A DNA stretch of 64,000 bases from an uncultured Acidimicrobiaceae bacterium (lineage in GTDB: Bacteria; Actinomycetota; Acidimicrobiia; Acidimicrobiales; RAAP-2): positions 37,985 to 101,984 of the forward strand of contig CAVSXX010000002.1 of the NCBI GenBank assembly GCA_963732125.1. Reading direction: 5' to 3'. Numbering within the stretch: the stretch's first letter is position 1; each line of letters starts with the position of its first letter. Positions 49,393-57,881 of this stretch are shown here, in pieces. The notes beneath the pieces are model-generated. The model did no database searches and was not told where the DNA came from. It saw nothing but the letters and a program-made list of their open reading frames with translations. Position numbers and translations under genes: made by a program.

Positions 49393-50571
49393 CTAGCTCG
49401 GATCCTTAGGGAGGCCAAGCACGTGCTCGGCGATGATGTTGCGCTGGACCGCTGACGTGCCGCCGCCGATGGTGAGCGCCTGAGCGTAGAGAAAGCCCCA
49501 CGACCACGAACGTCCTTGGTCGCCGTCGATCCCACCCGGACCGCGTCCGTCGAGCATGCCCGAGGCGCCGGCGAGCCGTTGGGCAAGTGTCATGACCTCT
49601 TGACCATGGTCGTCGGCGAGGGCCTTGCGCAGCGACGCGTCTGACCCTGTGGCTTTGCCCGCGAGAGCGTTCTCGGTGAGTCGCATGCGAAGGAACCGGA
49701 GTATCTCACCGTGCGACCAGCAGCGCATCAGCTCATCTCGTCGCAGGGTGCTGAGTGAGAGACCTTCCTCTCGCACAAGATCGACGAGGTCGCTCGCCGT
49801 CGGACCCCGTCCCCACAGAACGCCCTCTCCGGACAGTGACACCCGCTCGTTACCGAGTGTGACTTTGGCGAGGCGCCACCCGTCATTCACCTCACCGAGC
49901 AGGTAGTCACTCGGCAGGCGCACCTCGTCAAGGAAGACCTCGTTGAAGGCGTGGTCACCCGTCATGTCGAGAAGTGGTCGCACGGTGACGCCGGGTGCGT
50001 CCATGCGACATATGAAGTAGCTGATGCCGTGTTGGGGAGCCCCTTCGTGGGAGGTCCTCGCGAGCAAAATCCCCCAGGTGGCGAGATGGGCATAACTCGT
50101 CCAGACCTTCTGGCCCGTGATGACCCACTCGTCGCCATCTCGTCGTGCCATCGTCGTCAGCGCCGCGAGGTCGCTGCCCGCACCCGGTTCGCTGAAGAGT
50201 TGGCACCAGAACTCGTCACCGCTGAGTAGGTTCGGCAACCACCGTTCCTGCTGCGCTTTCGTCCCGGCCATCACGATGGTGGGGCCGGCCCAGCCGATCC
50301 CGATGGGGTTGATCGGACGCTGCACGTTCGCTCGACGAAGCTCCTCGTCAATGATGAGCTGGTACTCGACCGACGCGCCTCGACCCCAAGGCTCTGGCCA
50401 TGATGGCGCGACGAGCCCCGCCTCGGCGAGCTCCTTTCCGTTCGGACGTGGATGCTCATCAAGCCAGCGTCGAAGTTCGATACGACGCGGATCGGCCTGA
50501 CTTACCTCGGTGTCGACGGACGTCGTCACGGGCGCGAGGAGGCCCCTGCCCTCTTCGAGTTCGTCTCTCAT
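49393..50571 (-). CDS. Acyl-CoA dehydrogenase (actinobacterial FadE-like)
   Basis: WPEPWGRG, WCQLFSEPGAGSDLA, GQKVWTS, FNEVFLD and TIGGGTSAVQRNIIAE. Confidence 0.92.
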   Translation of the reverse strand: MRDELEEGRGLLAPVTTSVDTEVSQADPRRIELRRWLDEHPRPNGKELAEAGLVAPSWPEPWGRGASVEYQLIIDEELRRANVQRPINPIGIGWAGPTIVMAGTKAQQERWLPNLLSGDEFWCQLFSEPGAGSDLAALTTMARRDGDEWVITGQKVWTSYAHLATWGILLARTSHEGAPQHGISYFICRMDAPGVTVRPLLDMTGDHAFNEVFLDEVRLPSDYLLGEVNDGWRLAKVTLGNERVSLSGEGVLWGRGPTASDLVDLVREEGLSLSTLRRDELMRCWSHGEILRFLRMRLTENALAGKATGSDASLRKALADDHGQEVMTLAQRLAGASGMLDGRGPGGIDGDQGRSWSWGFLYAQALTIGGGTSAVQRNIIAEHVLGLPKDPS

Positions 50572-50678
50572 GTCGACCACTGGCTCCTCCGTTTGCATCC
50601 AAACGTAATGCTGAATGCGCTCTCAGAGGGAGCGGACCCCACCCCCCTTGCACTTGCTACGCACTTATACTGCGGATT

Positions 50679-51116
50679 ATGGCGGTGTTGTTCTGGCTAG
50701 CGATCATCGTGATCTGCATCTTCGTTGAAATACACACGAACGCCTTCATTGCCGTGTTCATTGGCGCCGGCGCCATCCTGCCGTTCTTCCTCGCGCTCGC
50801 CAGCGTGCCCTTCGCCGTACAAGCGGTGCTCTGGCTCGTCATCTCCATTGTGCTCGTCGCCCTCCTACGGCCGGCCGCCATGCACCGCTTTCATCGCAAG
50901 GGTGTCATCGATCTCGCCTCGCCCGCCAAGTCGACGATGACGAACTTGACCGGTATCGTGGAGGACCCCGTTGGTGACGAAGGCCACCCGGGGCGCGTGA
51001 AGATTCGCGGTGAGCTCTGGCGCGCCGTGTCCGCGTCGAAGGAGATCATTCCTGATGGCGTGCAGGTCGTCGTGCGAAAGACCTACGGCACGACCCTCTG
51101 GGTGGAACGCGTCTAA
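50679..51116 (+). CDS. NfeD-like membrane protein (C-terminal OB fold)
   Basis: Hydrophobic N-terminal half, then GRVKIRGELWRA...VVV...GTTLWVE. TATACT-7nt-ATG. Confidence 0.85.
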   Translation: MAVLFWLAIIVICIFVEIHTNAFIAVFIGAGAILPFFLALASVPFAVQAVLWLVISIVLVALLRPAAMHRFHRKGVIDLASPAKSTMTNLTGIVEDPVGDEGHPGRVKIRGELWRAVSASKEIIPDGVQVVVRKTYGTTLWVERV

Positions 51117-51130
51117 CTACTGCACTAATG

Positions 51131-52081
51131 TCACGTCGCCGGCGTGCTCGGCGCGGCGTCCATCACGCTCTTGATCGCCTGGGCGGCACCGAGCAATGCG
51201 GAGCTTTCTGCGGGGATGATGAGCTTCGTGTTGGGGCTTGCTGCGAACTTCGAAAGCGTGTCGAGCTGAAGGATGGCGACCAGCGTTGGATCGGGGGCTT
51301 GACCTTTGATCGCGGCGTACACGAGAGATATCGCCTGCGAGCGGCCCTCGGCCTCCAAGATCTGAGCTTGGCGCGCTCCTTCGGCGCGGAGGATCGCCGA
51401 CTGCTGGGCACCTTCGGCCTCTTTGATCGCTGCTTGGCGCTGGCCATCGGCGACGTTGACAGCTGACTGCTGTTGACCCTCGGATTCGAGGATGCGCGCG
51501 CGTTTCTCCTGGTCGGCCTGCTTCTGGAGCGCCATGGCCTGGAGGATCTGGTCGGGAGGCGTGATCTCGAGCACCTCCACGCGGTTGATGCGCACGCCCC
51601 ACTTGTCGGTCGCCTCTTCCATCTGGGTCTGCAGCAGCGTGCCGATGCGCTCGCGCTGTGAGAAGGCGTCATCGAGCGTGATCGAACCGAAGACCGCGCG
51701 CACCGAGGTGCGCGCGAGGTTGTCCACGCTCACGAGATAGTCGGAGTTCGTGAACAGCGCAAGACGCACGTCAACCACCTGGCTGAAGATCGTCGCGTTC
51801 ACGATGACCGCGACATTGTCGCGGGTAATCACCTGTTGTCGGTCGCCGGTGCGCGGCGTCTCGCGAACGTCGATGATCTTCATGACCTCGATGAAGGGAA
51901 AGATGAAGGTGAGTCCGGGGTTCTTGATGTCTTTGAACTCACCGAATCGCGTGACGACGCCTTCGAAACCTTGCTGGACGATGCGCACGGACTTGCCAAT
52001 GATCAAGATCACGAGCAAGACCAGGATCGCGGCGATTACCGCGAGCACAATTCCGAGATTATCCGTCGCAATAACCATCAT
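51131..52081 (-). CDS. SPFH/Band 7 (stomatin/QmcA-like) protein
   Basis: One TM, then VRIVQQGFEGVVTRFG, VITRDNV, WGVRINRVEV and coiled-coil AILRAEG repeats. GGAGG RBS. Confidence 0.93.
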   Translation of the reverse strand: MMVIATDNLGIVLAVIAAILVLLVILIIGKSVRIVQQGFEGVVTRFGEFKDIKNPGLTFIFPFIEVMKIIDVRETPRTGDRQQVITRDNVAVIVNATIFSQVVDVRLALFTNSDYLVSVDNLARTSVRAVFGSITLDDAFSQRERIGTLLQTQMEEATDKWGVRINRVEVLEITPPDQILQAMALQKQADQEKRARILESEGQQQSAVNVADGQRQAAIKEAEGAQQSAILRAEGARQAQILEAEGRSQAISLVYAAIKGQAPDPTLVAILQLDTLSKFAASPNTKLIIPAESSALLGAAQAIKSVMDAAPSTPAT

Positions 52082-52328
52082 CGTCACCTCCCCGAAAACC
52101 GTGTTTCAGTTGAGGTAACTGGCCACGTTTCGGCTGATGACCCAACTGTAGTCATCTGCATTTTCCGCTCCAGGGCGGTGCCGCGCAGTTCGTAAGCAGA
52201 CCACGAACGAACGCAACCGCTCATCCAACGACGAGATGGCTGCATTGCCCCCAACATTGGCCGTCCCATGGCCTCAAAGTTCCTGGTAAAACAAGAGGAC
52301 CAGCACATAACCCTGGGAGAGGAGAGAC

Positions 52329-53651
52329 ATGAACGTCGCCACCTTTGTTGCCACGATCTTCGACAACCAGCTCCCCTTTCGCGTCGAAGCGTACGACGGC
52401 AGCGTCGCCGAACCGACCGTCGCTTCCAGCGCGAACAGCGTGACCGTGAAGATACTGAATCGTGACGCGATCTCACGCGTGCTCACCCACCCCGGTGAGC
52501 TGGGTGTCGCGCGCGCCTACATCGCGGGCGATATTGACGTCGAGGGCGACCTCGATCCGCTGTTCGAGCTCAACGTGCCGCCACTGCGCCATCTCCTCAA
52601 TGTCAACCACGTTCGTTCGTTGCTCTCGGTCGTCGGCACGTCGGCGATACGTCCGTTGGAGCCGCCTTCGATCGAGGCACGTCCGCGAGGGGTCATGCAT
52701 TCAAGGTCGCGCGACCGCCAGGCGGTGACGCACCACTATGACGTGTCGAACCGCTTCTATGAGATGGTGCTCGGGCCCTCCATGACTTATTCGTGCGCGG
52801 TTTTCGCCTCGCCGGAGGACTCTCTCGAGCAAGCCCAAGCGCGAAAGGTCGATCTCGTAGCGAGGAAGCTGGACCTCAAGCCCGGCGATCGCCTGCTCGA
52901 CATCGGGTGCGGGTGGGGCGCGATGGGCATTCACGCGGCTCGGCACTTCGGCGCGCGCGTCGTCGGTGTCACGCTCTCTGACCCGCAGCGCCGCTACGCG
53001 TCCGAACAGGCGCGCCTCGCCGGCGTCAGCGACCTCGTCGAGTTCAGGCTGCAGGACTATCGCGACGTCTCCGACGGTCCCTTTGACGCCGTGAGCTCGA
53101 TCGGCATGTCCGAGCACGTCGGACGCCGCTCGCTCCCGACCTACTCCGAGCACATCTGGGATCAGCTCCGTCCCGGCGGACGCTTCCTCAACCACGCGAT
53201 CGGTCGTCCCGTCTCGTTCGACGAAAATCACCAACCGACCACGGCCTCGGAGATGAGTCGCCAGATGCAGGTCGCACTCGGCATGCGTGGACCATCGAAG
53301 ACCGGCAGCAAGTTCATCGATCGCTACGTCTTTCCAGACGGCGAGTTGCACGAGGTCGGCACGCTGGTGTCCATGTTCCAAGCGCACGGCTTCGAAGTGC
53401 GCCACCTCGAGAGCTTGCGCGAGCACTACGCGTTGACGCTGCGTCGATGGGTCGACAACCTCGTCAAGCGCTTCGATGAAGCAGTGGATGAAGTCGGTAT
53501 CGAGCGGGCACGCGTGTGGCGTCTCTACATGGCCGGATCAGCTGTGGGCTTTGAGCGCCACCACCTGGAGATCCACCAGATCTTGAGCATGAAGCCAGAC
53601 CATGGCGTGAGCAACATGCCCTTGCGCTACGACTTCGAGCCAGACTTTTAG
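52329..53651 (+). CDS. cfa: Cyclopropane-fatty-acyl-phospholipid synthase family methyltransferase
   Basis: HYDVSN, MTYSCA, LDIGCGWG, GVTLS, SIGMSEHVG, YVFPDGEL and REHYALTL. Confidence 0.88.
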   Translation: MNVATFVATIFDNQLPFRVEAYDGSVAEPTVASSANSVTVKILNRDAISRVLTHPGELGVARAYIAGDIDVEGDLDPLFELNVPPLRHLLNVNHVRSLLSVVGTSAIRPLEPPSIEARPRGVMHSRSRDRQAVTHHYDVSNRFYEMVLGPSMTYSCAVFASPEDSLEQAQARKVDLVARKLDLKPGDRLLDIGCGWGAMGIHAARHFGARVVGVTLSDPQRRYASEQARLAGVSDLVEFRLQDYRDVSDGPFDAVSSIGMSEHVGRRSLPTYSEHIWDQLRPGGRFLNHAIGRPVSFDENHQPTTASEMSRQMQVALGMRGPSKTGSKFIDRYVFPDGELHEVGTLVSMFQAHGFEVRHLESLREHYALTLRRWVDNLVKRFDEAVDEVGIERARVWRLYMAGSAVGFERHHLEIHQILSMKPDHGVSNMPLRYDFEPDF

Positions 53652-53677
53652 CCAGCCAGCGCTTCACGAACGAAACG

Positions 53678-54199
53678 GTGTGCGACGATGGTTTGGTGAC
53701 GCAGGAACCTTGGAAAACCCATTGGCACCATCATCCGGGAGTGCGCACCGGCGACCAGCTGTCACGTGGCGAGCGTGCCGCGGATCGGATGCGCAACGTG
53801 ATGGGATCGTGGGGCTTTGTCTTCGGATTCTTCGCCGTCATGATCCTCTGGGCGGTCGTCAACACGGCCTTATTGGAACACGTCTTGCATCACAAGGCGT
53901 TTGACCCGTATCCCTACATCCTGCTCAACCTGTTCCTTTCGATGATGGCCGGCGTGCAGGCCGCCGCGCTCCTCATCGCGGCCAAACGCGCCGACGCGAT
54001 CTCTTCGGAAGTGGCTGTCCACACGTCCAACAACACGGACGACATCAAACGCCTCATCCAAGAGAACACCGAGCTCACCGCAGCGGTGAAGAGCGCCACC
54101 GACCTCCTCGATGAGATACACCTCCACGTTGCCAACATCGGCGAGTTCCTCGGAGCTGAGGGCGGCAAATTCGCGCCGCGCACGCCGCCTTCGAGCTGA
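53678..54199 (+). CDS. DUF1003 domain membrane protein
   Basis: GERAAD...MGSWGFV, FDPYPYILLNLFLS. Start uncertain. Confidence 0.88.
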   Translation: MCDDGLVTQEPWKTHWHHHPGVRTGDQLSRGERAADRMRNVMGSWGFVFGFFAVMILWAVVNTALLEHVLHHKAFDPYPYILLNLFLSMMAGVQAAALLIAAKRADAISSEVAVHTSNNTDDIKRLIQENTELTAAVKSATDLLDEIHLHVANIGEFLGAEGGKFAPRTPPSS

Positions 54200-54200
54200 G

Positions 54201-54671
54201 TTACACCGGCAACAGGGGATGGATGCCGCGACCCGCTCGCGGCACCGCGTGGACATTTCTTGCCGTGAGCTTCTCGCCACACCAGGCACAGATCATCTCG
54301 GCGTGAGTGAGCTGACCGCACGAGTTGTGGACGAGATCGATCGGCGCGCCGTTTGGGGCCGCGTACTGATCGCCCCACTGGCGCATCGCCGTCAAGACCG
54401 GCCAGAGGTCTCGGCCCTTTTGGGTGAGCTTGTAGTCGTAGCGCGGCGGATGTTCGGAATAGGGAACTCGAACGAGCACGTCGGCGTCGACGAGCGAGTT
54501 CAAGCGATCTTTCAAGATGTTCCTCGAGATGCCGAGTCGACGCTGAAAGCCTTCGAACCTGGTGATGCCCATAAAGCAGTCCCGGACCACGAGCATGCTC
54601 CACCACTCGCCCACGACCTCCAGGCACTGGGCCACTGAGCAGTCCATCTCGGCGAAACTCTTTCTCTCCAT
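54201..54671 (-). CDS. HxlR family winged-helix regulator
   Basis: CSVAQCLEVVGEWWSMLVVR, RFEGFQRRLGISRNIL and YKLTQKGRDL. Confidence 0.92.
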   Translation of the reverse strand: MERKSFAEMDCSVAQCLEVVGEWWSMLVVRDCFMGITRFEGFQRRLGISRNILKDRLNSLVDADVLVRVPYSEHPPRYDYKLTQKGRDLWPVLTAMRQWGDQYAAPNGAPIDLVHNSCGQLTHAEMICAWCGEKLTARNVHAVPRAGRGIHPLLPV

Positions 54672-54724
54672 GTTGTTATCGTAGTCAGTTGCATGACGCT
54701 ATGCAATGACCTATTGTGCGTTCC
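54672..54724. promoter_or_regulatory. Back-to-back leaderless promoters with a central operator palindrome
   Basis: Minus-strand TACGAT-6nt-ATG (hxlR) and plus-strand TATTGT-7nt-ATG (MFS), with TTGCAT-N6-ATGCAA at 54689-54706 flanked by GTCA/TGAC. Confidence 0.65.
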
Positions 54725-56248
54725 ATGACAGAACTTAGTGAAGGGCTCGTCGGCTCGACAGAGACAGCGTCAACGAGGCGTCGCCGTGCCATATTTATCG
54801 TCACCGCGTTGGGCGCCTTCATGGGTTCGCTCGATCTGTCCATCGTCAATGTCGCCTTCCCTGCCCTCGAGCGCGCGTTCACCCACGATTCGCGCGCCAC
54901 CTTGTCGTGGGTGCTAACCGGATACGCCATCGTGTTCGGTTCACTACTCGTCGTCGCGGGGAGAACCGCTGACCGCCTCGGCAGTCGCCGCGTCTTCTTC
55001 TTTGGACTCGGAGTGTTCTGTCTCGGCTCGTTCCTCTGCGGCGTGGCGCCCACCGTCGAAACACTGATACTGGGACGCTTCGTGCAAGGGATCGGCGCGG
55101 CCGCCATGCTGCCCGCATCACTCGGCTTGCTGCTCGCCGCGTACTCGAAGGAACGTCGATCGCAGGTGGTCGCGCTCTGGGGCGGCATCGGCGCGCTGGC
55201 CGTGGCAACGGGTCCCTCGCTCGGCGCGCTCTTGATCACGGGCTTCGGCTGGCGCGCCGCCTTCTATGTGAACCTGCCCGTTGGACTGCTCGCCTGGCTT
55301 CTCGGCCGTCGCGTCATCGCCAAGTCGAGTGGCACTGATGCAACGTCAGCTCCCGACTACCCGGGCGTCGTGCTGCTGAGCGCGGCGTTAGCGCTGGCCG
55401 TCCTTGCCATCTCCGAAGGGCCCTCGTGGGGTTGGGCGAGTCCCGCAATCCTCGCGGGATTCGTCGTGTCGGTGGCGCTGCTGCTCGTGTTCCTCTTTCG
55501 ATCGTCTCGCCACCCCGAACCGGTGCTCGACCTCAAGCTCTTTCGGGCTCGTTCGTTCACTGTGGCCAATGGCGCCGCGTTGCTCTATTCCATGGGCTTT
55601 TTCGCCATGCTCCTCGGCAACATCTTGTTTCTCACGAGCGTGTGGCACTATTCAATCCTCCGCGCCGGGCTCTCGGTGACACCAGGCCCCCTCGTCGTCG
55701 CTGTCGTCTCGGGCCCGGCCGGAAAACTCGCAGGACGCGTCGGCTTTCGACGAGTGTTGACCGTGGGGTTCGGCGTCTTCACCTTCGGTCTGCTCTGGTA
55801 CGTCTGGCACGTCGGCACGCACGCGGAGTACCTCAAGGTGTGGCTGCCCGGCACGCTCATCGTCGGGCTCGGCATTGGTCTGACGTTCCCGGTGATCAGT
55901 GCGGCAGCCGTCTCGAGCCTCGAACCCGCTCGCTACTCCGTCGGCAGTGCGGTCAATCAGACGGCGCGTCAGATCGGCGGCGCTCTCGGCGTGGCGATAC
56001 TGGTCGTCATCCTCGGCACACCGAAGAACGTCGACAGCGCCCTGAGCAACTTCCACCACCTCTGGATCTTCTCTGCATCCATGGCCGCGCTCGCGGGTGT
56101 CGTCTGCGCCTTGCTCGGACGACCAGCGCCCCGCGTGGCGCCCAGCGCAATCGACGTCGATGAGGCGAGGGGCGTCGAGGAGATGCTTGACGGAGAGATT
56201 GCGGTGCATGTCCACCCCGCAGCCTGCACCGAAAACGAATTCGAGTAA
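54725..56248 (+). CDS. DHA2-type MFS efflux transporter
   Basis: LDLSIVNVAFP, GRTADRLGSRR, RFVQGIG and WRAAFYVNLP. Confidence 0.92.
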   Translation: MTELSEGLVGSTETASTRRRRAIFIVTALGAFMGSLDLSIVNVAFPALERAFTHDSRATLSWVLTGYAIVFGSLLVVAGRTADRLGSRRVFFFGLGVFCLGSFLCGVAPTVETLILGRFVQGIGAAAMLPASLGLLLAAYSKERRSQVVALWGGIGALAVATGPSLGALLITGFGWRAAFYVNLPVGLLAWLLGRRVIAKSSGTDATSAPDYPGVVLLSAALALAVLAISEGPSWGWASPAILAGFVVSVALLLVFLFRSSRHPEPVLDLKLFRARSFTVANGAALLYSMGFFAMLLGNILFLTSVWHYSILRAGLSVTPGPLVVAVVSGPAGKLAGRVGFRRVLTVGFGVFTFGLLWYVWHVGTHAEYLKVWLPGTLIVGLGIGLTFPVISAAAVSSLEPARYSVGSAVNQTARQIGGALGVAILVVILGTPKNVDSALSNFHHLWIFSASMAALAGVVCALLGRPAPRVAPSAIDVDEARGVEEMLDGEIAVHVHPAACTENEFE

Positions 56249-56299
56249 CGGTCAAGCTCTGTACGTCCGTGCGGGCATGCGTTCTCGTACTGTTGGGTG

Positions 56300-56881
56300 G
56301 TGAGCCTCGACACTGACGAAGTACGTGACGAGGACGCCGCGCCGCGTCACTCTCGCCGGCGCTCGGTCATTGAATGGCTGATCGTGCTCGTCATCGCGGT
56401 GACCGCGTCGTTTCTCATTCGCACGTTTGTCTTCCAAACCTTCTCCATACCGTCGGGTTCCATGAATCCAACGCTGTGGAAGGGAAACCACGTCATGGTG
56501 GACAAGCTGAGCGTCGATTTCGGGACCATCAACATCGGCGACATCGTCGTCTTCAAGGCGCCGCCCGATGTCAAAAGGGACTGCGGCGACGACTACACCG
56601 ACCTCGTCAAGCGAGTGATCGGTCTACCCGGCGACCGCCTCACCTCGGTGGGGAACACGATCTATGTGAACGGCAAGCCGCTTGACCAAAGGTGGACCCA
56701 CTACACGAGGATCGGGGCGGCAATTGGTCACGTCACCGTGCCGAAGGGCCGGTACTTCATGATGGGCGACAACCACGTGGACTCTTGTGACAGTCGGGCG
56801 TGGGGCACGGTGCCGCGCTCGGACATCATTGGCAAGGTGTTCTGGAAGTTCTGGCCGCTCTCGCAGTGGACGTGGTACTAG
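56300..56881 (+). CDS. lepB: Signal peptidase I
   Basis: IPSGSMNPTL (Ser), GDIVVF, VKRVIGLPGD (Lys), MMGDN and DSRAWG. Confidence 0.95.
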   Translation: MSLDTDEVRDEDAAPRHSRRRSVIEWLIVLVIAVTASFLIRTFVFQTFSIPSGSMNPTLWKGNHVMVDKLSVDFGTINIGDIVVFKAPPDVKRDCGDDYTDLVKRVIGLPGDRLTSVGNTIYVNGKPLDQRWTHYTRIGAAIGHVTVPKGRYFMMGDNHVDSCDSRAWGTVPRSDIIGKVFWKFWPLSQWTWY

Positions 56882-56886
56882 TCACA

Positions 56887-57366
56887 ATGCCTGTCCGAGT
56901 GATCGCTTCGCTCACGCTCGTTGCCAGCGTGCTCATCGTCGGCGGCGTCATCTTCGCATCCGGTGGCCGGTCGGGTGCCTCGGGTCCGGGCACGCTGAGG
57001 CCGCCCGTGATTAGCGAGACCTTCACCCACCTTCCCTGCAACCAGAACACGACCGTCGGCCTGGAGGGCTGTGTCGAAGGACGGCTCCTCTCCACTGACC
57101 GACGACTCAACGAGCAGGTGAAGTTGCTCTTCGATCTCCTGCCCAGCGCTCAACGGAAACGAAGCTTTGCCGCAGCGGAAGACGAGTGGTTCGCCTATCG
57201 CAAGGCAGACTGCGCGACCTTCGCTGCGATTTTCCAAGGTGGCACGATCGCCCCCGTCGAATACACCCAGTGCGAGGTGCACGACGACGAATCGCGCAGC
57301 ACCGATCTCCGCTCGTTGTTTACGCTCTTGGAAGAGGGCACCAGTGACCCGCCGGCGTGGCCGTAA
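56887..57366 (+). CDS. Secreted LprI/DUF1311-like protein
   Basis: Signal-like N-terminus; C...GC...DRRLN...AEDEWFAYRKADC...C helical pattern. Confidence 0.75.
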   Translation: MPVRVIASLTLVASVLIVGGVIFASGGRSGASGPGTLRPPVISETFTHLPCNQNTTVGLEGCVEGRLLSTDRRLNEQVKLLFDLLPSAQRKRSFAAAEDEWFAYRKADCATFAAIFQGGTIAPVEYTQCEVHDDESRSTDLRSLFTLLEEGTSDPPAWP

Positions 57367-57403
57367 GAAGTAGGGCAGCCATACGGTCGAGGGTGGCGAT
57401 CAA

Positions 57404-57751
57404 CTACGACGAGAGGTCGAGGTCGCTCAGGAGCGTTCGCAGCTGGCGGCCGCGCTCACGCGGATTGCCCTTCAACTCGCCAATCACGTTGCCTTCGACA
57501 TCGAGGTCGTCGCCGGGCTGGTAGAGCGACACTCGCATGGTGGGTCCCCGGCCCGCCGCGAGCACGACCCAAGGAAGCCCGATGCGGCCCGAGTCGCGCG
57601 TGGCCATGATCTGGCCCGTTCGAGCGAGCCCGAAGCTCCAGTCCGGCACTCGCGCGGCATCCATGACACGTTCAAGATCACTCGAGGACGACAAATTGGC
57701 CACACTGAACCCTACGAGCACGTCGTGACGCCACGCGCCATCTTCGTCCAC
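57404..57751 (-). CDS. Hypothetical protein (about 115 aa)
   Basis: Fills an otherwise empty gap with balanced amino acid composition; no recognised motif; start uncertain. Confidence 0.45.
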   Translation of the reverse strand: MDEDGAWRHDVLVGFSVANLSSSSDLERVMDAARVPDWSFGLARTGQIMATRDSGRIGLPWVVLAAGRGPTMRVSLYQPGDDLDVEGNVIGELKGNPRERGRQLRTLLSDLDLSS

Positions 57752-57881
57752 TACCTCAAGCGATCGACGGGCCGTGGCGAATCAGAGTGCCATTTGTCAA
57801 GAACTACAGTGAATCGAGGAGGACCAGAGCGACAGTTCCGGTACACGAAGCTGCGTTGCCTGGTCGAAGGGAGCATCCCAC

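Noticed and set aside
53678-53740. His cluster HWHHHP in the DUF1003 protein as a metal-binding tag
   Set aside because: Too short, and no metal-homeostasis genes are nearby.
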